Positions 55,278 through 64,000 of a stretch of 64,000 nt of DNA are shown one piece after another. Within the stretch, counting starts at the first letter, position 1. Each line of letters starts with the position of its first letter. Under the pieces are notes generated by a model, which made no database searches, was not told the DNA's origin, and was given only the letters and a program-made list of their open reading frames with translations. The DNA is from an uncultured Nitrososphaeraceae archaeon (GTDB taxonomy: Archaea > Thermoproteota > Nitrososphaeria > Nitrososphaerales > Nitrososphaeraceae): contig CAWGVG010000006.1 of assembly GCA_963825865.1 (NCBI GenBank), positions 25,001-89,000 of the forward strand, read 5' to 3'. The position numbers and the translations under genes are program-made.

Positions 55278-55760
55278 ACATCTCCAATTATAATAATCCT
55301 AATTAAAATCTTGGGAATCGCAGTTGAAATTAGAGAAACAATCCTGTCATTGTACATAGAATAATAAGGCATGGGAAAGAACTAGAATGTGATAATCTAA
55401 TATAGCTTTATAATAATAGTAACGGCTAGGTGTAGATAAGGATTTACTTATTCTTATTGCCAATATTGAAGTAGTTGGAAGAGAGAGAGACTGTGGTGGC
55501 GTGAGCATGTCAAGAATGTTGATAAAAGTATCCCGCCTAGATCATATAGAGTCACACGCCATAAGAAACTTCAAAGAGGTAGGGACATCCTGCAATGATA
55601 AAAATGCCTAATAGACCTTGGAAAATGGTTTTATATTCATAATCATATTCGTAGATGCATAAAGTGTAGCAAAAGTGAAGGGAAACTGTATATTATTATA
55701 TCTTAATGATTTGTTATAACACTTAAATTATTAAAAGGAATAGTTTTATTATCACTCAAT

Positions 55761-56516
55761 ATGTCGTGGTTTTCTTTTCCATTAGAGAAGATAATAGCAT
55801 TGTTAATAATGATAGCTATTGCCTTAGTGTTATCATCAAATTCACTGTATGTATTTGCTGCATCGTCAAAACATAAAGAGATTTTACAACTACCACAACA
55901 ACAACAATTTGTACAAATCTGCTGTGCTTGGGATGATAAAATTGCAGATGGAATACTAACTTACAAGATAAAAGGCGTTGATAACGCAAGCACTCAACAG
56001 GCAGTCAATAATGCTATAGAGGAATGGAATACAAAAATCAATGGTATAAAGCTTGTCGAAATCCCTGATAGTAATAGTGCAGACATTGAAATAAACTTGA
56101 ATTCAAAAGCTCCGAAGTTGGATACGAGTGCAAATAATAATCATGGTCATATAAAAGCAGCAGGCAAAGATGTTAGGTTACTAGCACCAGGCTTATCAGA
56201 AATAAATCGTGATAGCAACGGTTTCATAACTCAAGTAACAGTAAACATAGCTACAGCTGCCTCTGGTAAAACATCATCATCATTCAACCCTTCTGAAATA
56301 GAAGCAGTAGCAAAACATGAGATAGGTCATGCTCTTGGATTAGGACATGCTGACTTTATAACTGACCTTATGTCACCAATTCTTACTGGAAATACAAAAC
56401 CTACTATATCCCAATGTGATATTAATAGCGTAATACAAGCTAATAGCTGGAAAATGGTATACTCAGATAATACTAACTTACCTTCTGCTCCACCAGTAAA
56501 TCACGTGGACTGTTAA
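55761..56516 (+). CDS. Matrixin (M10) family metalloprotease
   Basis: Signal; HEIGHALGLGH plus Met-turn (DLMSP). Confidence 0.9.
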   Translation: MSWFSFPLEKIIALLIMIAIALVLSSNSLYVFAASSKHKEILQLPQQQQFVQICCAWDDKIADGILTYKIKGVDNASTQQAVNNAIEEWNTKINGIKLVEIPDSNSADIEINLNSKAPKLDTSANNNHGHIKAAGKDVRLLAPGLSEINRDSNGFITQVTVNIATAASGKTSSSFNPSEIEAVAKHEIGHALGLGHADFITDLMSPILTGNTKPTISQCDINSVIQANSWKMVYSDNTNLPSAPPVNHVDC

Positions 56517-57064
56517 GGTAAAAAGCAAAGGGAAAGAATACGGTTATAGATCTTAATGATACAGCATCAAAAATTCTTAATAAATATAGAGCAAATTGAT
56601 CTTGTATTCAAAAGTTCGTAACCTCAATGATCAAAATGAGGTTTGGAAGATTACGATATAAAAGAAAATGATGAACTTGTTTTCCTTAATGACTATTACC
56701 GTCTATAAAGACATGGTCGTTCAATTTCTTTATCAGAGAAACTGGCATGCGCTATATAGCGCATACCCTATGGATATAAATATATGTAACTCATTTTTCT
56801 GCTACCAATAATAGCTGTCAAAATATTTTACCGTATATCCACCCGTTGACATTTTTGTACATGAAAAAGCCCTTACAAAAAATCCTATTATAGACAAATT
56901 AAGAGAAAACAAGTTTAAAAATAAATGTAATATGTTGTTAACAAATGCTTACACAATGGTGTTTCTACCGTTATGGGATATGTTTTACATTTGTCAGTAG
57001 TACAGTAGTTCATAGAATGCAAAAGAAGAAAGGCGCTAGAATAGTATGATTCACAATAGGTTTA

Positions 57065-57779
57065 CTTTACCATGGAGCTGGCTTGCCGTCAAAGAAAAAT
57101 CCTCCAGTTGGACCATTATCTGGCAATGTTGCGGCCCATACTATTCCTTTTGCTCCTTCTTCTACTGGACGTCCTCCTCCTCCTCTACCGCCCATATCTG
57201 TAGCTACCCATCCTGGATCAACTGAATTAACCAAAATGCCATATCAGCAGTAAGCTCTGCTCCTAGAATTCGAGTTAATGCATTCAGGGCTGCTTTGGAG
57301 ACGCTATATGCCGGTGGTGTTCCAGCACCCATGTAATGTAGAGAGCCTGCTCCACTGGACATATTTACAATGCGACCGTACTTGTTTTTCTTCATTATAG
57401 GTATACATACTTGAGATAACTTCCAAGGTCCAAACAGGTTAGTTGTTAAGGCCTTATTGACAACCTCTAAATCTGCATCGACAGCTTTTTGCCAGGTGTC
57501 ATAGAGAATTGCTGCATTATTGACAAGTACATCTAGTCGTCCAAATTGTTGGTCTATTTGAAGTGCTATCCTGCTAATATTACTTTGATTCGATACATCA
57601 AGCTGGTAAAATAATACGTCCAATCCTTTATCAACTAATTGTTTTGCAGCCACTTGGCCTTTGATAACATCTCGAGCACTCAATATTACAGTAAGACCTA
57701 ATTGGCCTAACCGAAGGCAGGTTTCAAATCCAAGGCCTTTATTGGATCCTGTCACAAGAGCGATTTTCTTTTTTTTCAT
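57065..57779 (-). CDS. SDR oxidoreductase (frameshift near 57245)
   Basis: [17 protein letters not shown]; other frame continues [19 protein letters not shown]. Confidence 0.85.
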
Positions 57780-58082
57780 TGGGACTGTAGCATATTAGAT
57801 TTATCTGAAGCATAAAGATTCAAAAGTCAAAGAAAGACAATGTAGGATTTACTCACTCTGCAAAATAGGAAACTCGTCTGTATTTGGTCTGTGGTGAATA
57901 AGGTCTATTGGATTTGCTCTGCTGCAATGTAACCTTCAGATTTTGGATAAAAAACTGCTATATACTATACGCTAAAAACTATCTAAATAGTATATTGAAG
58001 ATAATATAATAGAATGTCATCGCAGACCACAGGATGTTAACCTGTCAAGCATGTGATATGAGCAATGTTGTCATTTTTAGTT

Positions 58083-58910
58083 TTACATGGGAGGAAGAAG
58101 AGAGCGTGATAAAGATGTACGTATTAACTCATTATTATTCATAATTACTATTATTAGCAATATTATAAAAAATAATATACCTGCTATTTTTAACCATCGT
58201 GAAAATGAAGATCTCTTTTCTTGTTTTAATAGTCCACGGCTTTTCTTCGCATGACAAGTAGGACATAACGCTTGGAGGTTGCGCGGATTATTATTGGATC
58301 TGTCACCATCAATATGATCATAATCCCATACCCCGGCACTTCTTTTACATATAATACACTTGTAGTTCTGCTCACGCAACTTTTGTCTTTTTACTGATTC
58401 AGGAAAATATCGTCTTTCTCGGTGTTTTCTATGTCCACGTAATACATACCAAGCAGCAGCTGAAAAAAGCAATAGTAGGAACACTAACAGTCTTAAATTG
58501 ATACTTGATGATTGTTGCGATTGTGATGAATTAGAATCTGATTGCACTGCAGCTGATGATTTTTGTAATGGATTGACAACTATCTCTACAGACGAAGGCG
58601 AACTACTATAAATGCCATCATCGACTAGTAGTGCAAATTTCAAATGAGTCAGACTATTAACATTTGGTGCATTAAATGTAGGATTTGCTATATGAATATC
58701 TGACAACATTACATTTTTGCCAGTAACTTGTCTCCAATGATAATTCAAGTTGTCTCCATCTGGATCATTACTATTACCTGCATCAAGTGTAACCATATCT
58801 CCTGCGTTTACTGTTTGTGTTGGACCTGCATCAGCAGTTGGAGCTGCATCTTGGCCATACGCTGTTGTTATTACGAAAATGCTTGATATAAATATTATAA
58901 GTCCCTGTAA
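58083..58910 (-). CDS. PKD/Ig domain - TM - HNH endonuclease - TM protein
   Basis: PTADAGP..V..GD.VTLDA..S.DPDGD.L.Y.W.Q; TM; CIIC...YDHIDGDRSNN...NLQALCPTCH..K; second TM. Confidence 0.8.
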   Translation of the reverse strand, partial: LQGLIIFISSIFVITTAYGQDAAPTADAGPTQTVNAGDMVTLDAGNSNDPDGDNLNYHWRQVTGKNVMLSDIHIANPTFNAPNVNSLTHLKFALLVDDGIYSSSPSSVEIVVNPLQKSSAAVQSDSNSSQSQQSSSINLRLLVFLLLLFSAAAWYVLRGHRKHRERRYFPESVKRQKLREQNYKCIICKRSAGVWDYDHIDGDRSNNNPRNLQALCPTCHAKKSRGLLKQEKRSSFSRWLKIAGILFFIILLIIVIMNNNELIRTSLSRSLLPPM

Positions 58911-59402
58911 TCATTATTGAAGAAACTAGGATATGCTTATTTAATACCGCTGAAATCATTATTTTTTATAATGATGTAATATTAGCTCTACATATGTATA
59001 CATTAAAAAATAGAATTCTATCTAAAACCTTCATAATAATCTCATTAACCAAATTTTGATGCGCCGCCTGTCATATGTGACTTGACATAACTTAAAGGCC
59101 ACATACAAGTAAATGCGTAGAGTCGGTCGGCCAACCAGTATCTAATCCCTCTCGTTCATCATTTCAAGTGGGAACCCAAAATGATATCAAATAAAATATT
59201 AACTAACCCCGAAAATAAGGGTTTCTATAACGATGCTGTATCCTATAAAAAATTAACAGCAGCAGAGCAAGTTATTATTGAGACTGAATGGACCTCCTAC
59301 CTTCAACGATTGGTCGATTTTGGAAATAAGCGGCATTGAAAAATTTTTCCCTGAAGTTGGAAATGGAGGATAACAATGATAAATTAGAGGAGTTAGAATA
59401 CA

Positions 59403-59880
59403 ATGGTCATTAATAGAGTCAACGCTGAAATTATTGTTGACGATGATGGTTTAAGAAATCTAGGATTCACAAAAGTATCCACAATTAACAGAAATATTAT
59501 TATCAACTTTGGCGATGGTAGGCCAACGATACTTTCGAAATTTAATATTGATGATTTGGAAAGTTCTTTGAAAAGTCTACAAAAGAAACTAATCAACAAC
59601 AGTATTAGTGAGGAGTCTGCACAACGGCTTTCTGTATTTCTTGCTGATAAATTAGTAAAAATAATAGAACAAGGGTTACAAAAAAATGAAGGATTTGCAG
59701 CTCATGATACAGATGTACAAAAGATTACACAAGAAATCGCAAAAGACAAGGTTGCGATAGGCCAGATATCAGTAGAACAATGGCAATCTGGAGTCTTAGA
59801 AAGATACCAAAATTTTGCAAAAAGTTGTGCAAGAGAACCTCCCAAATCTTTGGCCAGCATTAGAATTTTCGCTGTTTACA
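59403..59880 (+). pseudogene. Truncated/frameshifted hypothetical protein, possibly a mobile-element remnant
   Basis: Frameshift near 59815, then LPNLWPALEFSL and loss of frame. Confidence 0.4.
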
Positions 59881-60293
59881 ATAAGCAAGAGGCAGTTGCA
59901 AGATTCAAGCAATCTAATCTTTTGGATTGTAGAATCAATGCATACCCATATTATGTTGGATAATGATTTCCATAGTATATCAGCAACCATATATCAGAGC
60001 ATGATCATTCAGTTTTTATGTTTAAAAAACTCCACATCCATTTGCATATACGAATGTGTAAGTGAAAGCGATTAGAATAACATCTGTAGCTGCTACTACG
60101 TGGTAAGGTATTACTACCAGCCTTTTTTCTTTTTTTTGTTGCTGCATAAAATAAAAACTTTGTACAAATAGGTACAAATAGGCCCTTTTATTGTATTTGA
60201 CATAAAACTTTACAACCTATTATTATCTAACTGAACTCTTCATTTCATCTATAGAATCACTTATAATGAATATCTACTACTACCAATACTACA

Positions 60294-60674
60294 TTAATCC
60301 AACTCTGCCCTTAGCCTTTTAACCAAATAGTCTATTGAAACTGGTTTTTTGATAAAACATCCTAAATTTATTTTTGGATGTATTTCCCTCAACGCCTCAA
60401 TATTTACTTCACCTGCAGTTGTAAAGCAAACTCTAACGTTGACATCTAACTCCAATATCTTTTCAGAAAATTGAAATCCATTCATATTTGGCAGATTAAT
60501 ATCAGTTAGCAATAGATCGTAAAAGTGTGGCTTGAATTCCGATAATGCTACTAAAGGGTTATTGTATGTGTATACTTCAAATCTTTTACCATCATCATAA
60601 TACCCTTCCAACGCTGATCTGAAGGTTAAAGTAATATCAGTATTATCGTCTACAATAAGAATTCTCTTATACAC
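60294..60674 (-). CDS. Single-domain response regulator
   Basis: ILIVDD, DLLLTD..LP.MNG, FTTA, IKKP. Confidence 0.9.
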   Translation of the reverse strand: MYKRILIVDDNTDITLTFRSALEGYYDDGKRFEVYTYNNPLVALSEFKPHFYDLLLTDINLPNMNGFQFSEKILELDVNVRVCFTTAGEVNIEALREIHPKINLGCFIKKPVSIDYLVKRLRAELD

Positions 60675-61412
60675 AGTTGGGGCAATTAAGTCTAATTCTG
60701 AGGTTGCTTGCTTGGGTGGTAATGGTAATGTCTGCTCATCTTTCCCAATATCTTTAAAGTATGAAATAGGTGATATTCAACTTACCTACCGTTACCATGG
60801 TATACAATTATGACCTTTTCCCTCAGTAAAATATAGGAGGCTATAACAATTAACTCTTTGGTAGTTTATACAGATCATTCAAGATATACACGAATATGTT
60901 ATAATTTTTCAAATTTGAGGAGATTTATCCCGTTGAAGTAGCCAAGGGCGTTCAAAGAGGTATGTGGAATAGGCATTGCTAGATTTCCACAATTAAGATG
61001 AGAACAGCTAAAAGTTAATCTGCTTACAACTGTGGATGGACAAAGGAAATTTGATATTTACTATTTTAGGATTATAATCTTTGAGGTTTTTTTCTATAAA
61101 TAATAAATTTTTGTGCATAGTAAAATCCACTCTTTCTTTACTTTACTTGATTTTAATCATGCACAAAGGTTGTATATCATTATTGGCTGCCTCAGTTTAA
61201 TACTAAAGTATTATCGTCTCAATTCATCCATTATCATAGATTCGGATCATAGTTCACAGTTGATTAAGACATATGCTGTCATTGTCGTTGTCATTGTCAC
61301 CCATATCATGTAATTTCATTTAAATGAAAAAAACTATATAGTTAGCGTAATCATCTGATTATAAAAATGAACAAGATATTCAGGTTTCAAAATAATAATA
61401 ACAACTTTCATC

Positions 61413-61970
61413 GTGCATGCTACATTGGCTATAATTATGGCTGCTATAATCGTATTGTCATTTTCAATGATATCAGGATTAACAATACTACCACTACAGA
61501 CTTCAGACACGCTTGCTTTTGCATTACAGCAAACTGCTGCTAATACATCAACAGCCACAATTGCAGATCAGAATGCAACATCTCATTTGAAACTTTTAAA
61601 CCAAAGTAAAACAGCAGTAATAGAAAAAGCAATAGAATCACCTTTTACAGGCAATAAGACATTCTACTTGTTTAGCTCTGAGAATGAAGGAGTTAATGAG
61701 ACAAAGTTAGGTATACCAGGTGATACATACAATTTACATACAATGGTTGTTCATAAAGGAGATAACGTAACTGTTCATTTCTATAATCTAGAAATTGATG
61801 AAAATGAAAGACATTCATTTACAATGGGAGCGCCATACAAAATAGATAGTGATTTAGCTGGGAACGAACACGCAGTTATAAAGTTTAAGGCAGATCATGA
61901 AGGCATATTTCAATACTTTTGTAAATACCATCCAGTAGCTATGACAGGGCAGTTAGTGATTATTCCATAG
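61413..61970 (+). CDS. Cupredoxin-domain protein
   Basis: GDNVTVHFYN, HSF, YFCKYHP..MTG. Confidence 0.9.
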   Translation: MHATLAIIMAAIIVLSFSMISGLTILPLQTSDTLAFALQQTAANTSTATIADQNATSHLKLLNQSKTAVIEKAIESPFTGNKTFYLFSSENEGVNETKLGIPGDTYNLHTMVVHKGDNVTVHFYNLEIDENERHSFTMGAPYKIDSDLAGNEHAVIKFKADHEGIFQYFCKYHPVAMTGQLVIIP

Positions 61971-62076
61971 AACAATTCTATTAAAGACGGTAATAATGTT
62001 CAGAACAGCCTCACACTAATGTGAGCAGCCACCTCGGAAAATTGGCAGTAGCCATTCCCTTTCTATTCAACCATTT

Positions 62077-62739
62077 TTACCCCTTAACTATCCCAAGAGT
62101 AAATCCTATTGCCGTGCTGCCAGTTAGCGGAATACCAAGGTTTGCCATTGTAGTCGTTATTGGTAAGATAGATGCAGCAGCTGATCCAGTGGAGTTATTG
62201 CCTAAAATAGCTTGAATTGGACCCACTCCTCCACCTGTAGTGGTTGCTGTTGTTGTTGCTGTTCCAATTGTAGATAGAATACTATTTGATATTATTTGCA
62301 GCTTATCCCAGTTTACATTCACTATATGCTGAGACTCCAAATACATAAGGGCGGCAAAAAACACTCCTGCTATTACAGCTAGTATTTTCATTATCCGTTT
62401 TAAAGTAAAACCAACCAAGAAACCTGCTATACCGCCAAAACCAATAGTGCTTACAAATGGCATAATACTACTCTCAATGCCGCTCATTTTCTTATTCCCT
62501 CCTCCTTTTTTTGGTTGCTGCTGCCACTTGTTGTAGTTGCCTCTGTCCTTATCACTATTATTACCAAGGTATCTTTCAACAGCGCTCCGAATATACCTGC
62601 TCCTAGGAATATCGCCACGTCTTTGGTCTATTTTCTGTATTATTGATTTTGGCAAAGTGATTCCTAATTTTATAGTCATATCGATTGTATCAGCAGCAAT
62701 AGTACTCCTCGTCATACTAGTATAATGTACTACACACAT
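62077..62739 (-). CDS. RHH protein + FUN14-family membrane protein (probably two genes read as one)
   Basis: GITLPKSII.KID..RG.IPRSRYI; internal MSGIE.. IGFGGIAGFLVGFTLK...VNWDKL. Confidence 0.7.
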   Translation of the reverse strand: MCVVHYTSMTRSTIAADTIDMTIKLGITLPKSIIQKIDQRRGDIPRSRYIRSAVERYLGNNSDKDRGNYNKWQQQPKKGGGNKKMSGIESSIMPFVSTIGFGGIAGFLVGFTLKRIMKILAVIAGVFFAALMYLESQHIVNVNWDKLQIISNSILSTIGTATTTATTTGGGVGPIQAILGNNSTGSAAASILPITTTMANLGIPLTGSTAIGFTLGIVKG

Positions 62740-63090
62740 AGCTAAAAGGTTTTTGATAGCAAATTGTTTAAGATTATTATGGTATTATATTGTGTATATT
62801 GATTAACTTTTCTTTCTGTATGTATTAATACAATATATCTATTAAATTAAAATATACAATTGCTAATCAGAATCACACATTCAAGTAGAATGCTAGTTTC
62901 CGAAATTACATTCTTTATGTTCAATTATATAGTAGTAAGAGATTGCCATAATAGGCTAATAATAGTTATGTGAATAATTACAACTCAATTAATATTCTGA
63001 TTAGTTATACAAAATAAGTCAGCATTAAATCATATTATATAAGTCGGAATTAATTTCTTGAAGTCAAATATATAGATGACATCGTAATGC

Positions 63091-63500
63091 TTGATGACGA
63101 GTATTATGAACAATACAAAAACACTTGCAATAGTTGCTGTCTTAACAGCGGCAACATTAGTAGTAGGGGTAACGGTAGCAGCAACAACAACACCGTCAGC
63201 ATTTGCTGGTGGACATAAAGAAAGACAGGACAAATACATGAAAGGCGAACAAGATGGTTACAAGAAAGGAAAACACGCTAATGGAAAGTATAACGGTGGC
63301 GATAACGGTAACACAGTTACCATACAGGCAACCAAACAAAATGGGAAAGTGAGTGGACACGATAATACACTAGAACAAGAAGCACAAAACGTGATATGTA
63401 CCTCATCCAAGCTCAACCTGTGTAAGTGAAGGCAGATGAAACTGACACAACTGACAACAGCAATGGTGACGGCAACCCTGGCGGAGGCACTGGCTAATAA
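63091..63500 (+). CDS. Secreted Gly/Asn-rich protein (frameshift near 63400)
   Basis: TLAIVAVLTAATLVVG signal; GNTVTIQ..KQ...SGHDN..EQEAQN.IC. Confidence 0.65.
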
Positions 63501-63699
63501 TATAAAGTGGAACGCAGGCAAAATCACTTTAAACTAATTAATTAAAATGGCTTAAGGGAAGGAATAAGAAGCCTATCATATTTATTTTTTATAAAAAATA
63601 CAATTCAATAAACAAATTTAAATAGAAAGATGTATGATGTATATGGCTTAACTTTTCTCTCTATGTATTAGAATTGTTGGCTCATAATTAAACTCCACA

Positions 63700-64000
63700 C
63701 TTTTTTAATTTACACACAATGTACGGTAAAACTATTCGTGATATAGCAAAAGAGGCTAGAATGTCAATTAGGGATATAGGAGCTATTTTGAATAAGGCAG
63801 ATGAAGGGCGAGAGCAATAATAATAATAATAATGATATCGAGAACAAAAGCAGACAACAAGGACAAGAACAACACGCAGCAGTTATCTCTATCTACACAA
63901 GCCTACAGGCTATTTTCTGAAGGTAAATCTCCGAATACAAGTAGCAGTTGCGTTAAATGTAAAGAGTCTGAGATAACCAGATTCTACAAAGAGTATTGGA
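63700..64000 (+). pseudogene. HTH protein remnant
   Basis: GKTIRDIAKEARMSIRDIGAILNK. Confidence 0.55.

Noticed and set aside
1499-63527. Many antisense or overlapping ORFs in the track (e.g. 1499, 12989, 29478, 33150, 37753, 46205, 49873, 63258)
   Set aside because: Shadows of better-supported genes on the opposite strand or in another frame.

Overview
AT-rich archaeal DNA whose gene families (BtuF-like binding protein, cupredoxin, FUN14, DUF1059, matrixin, PsbP-like, response regulators, poly-Asn/Gln tracts) point to a soil ammonia-oxidising archaeon (Nitrososphaeraceae-like). Most of the window (about 2.5-49.4 kb) is a mobile-element island. (1) Two related integrative elements sit back to back. 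They share the plan tyrosine integrase >< large wHTH regulator | RHH - Cys-rich protein - replication gene - type IIB (Topo VI/VIII-like) topoisomerase - HTH protein - conserved hypothetical. Their replication modules are unrelated: prim-pol/helicase in one, a wHTH + Rep_trans-like protein in the other. No capsid or conjugation genes are visible. (2) The 43.5-kb stretch between two direct copies of one IS630 element is circularly permuted. Its two ends rejoin in frame to rebuild a fused GHKL-transducer-WHD-Toprim topoisomerase gene, and the outer flanks rejoin in frame to rebuild a second IS630 transposase. An IS481 copy lacking a target duplication marks a second junction. Cargo includes a SIR2-like gene, a Glu-less astacin-like protease and several IS. 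Outside the island there is a PKD-TM-HNH membrane nuclease. Many genes carry single-base frameshifts, which may reflect decay or sequencing error. All family assignments are from motif recognition by eye, not database searches.
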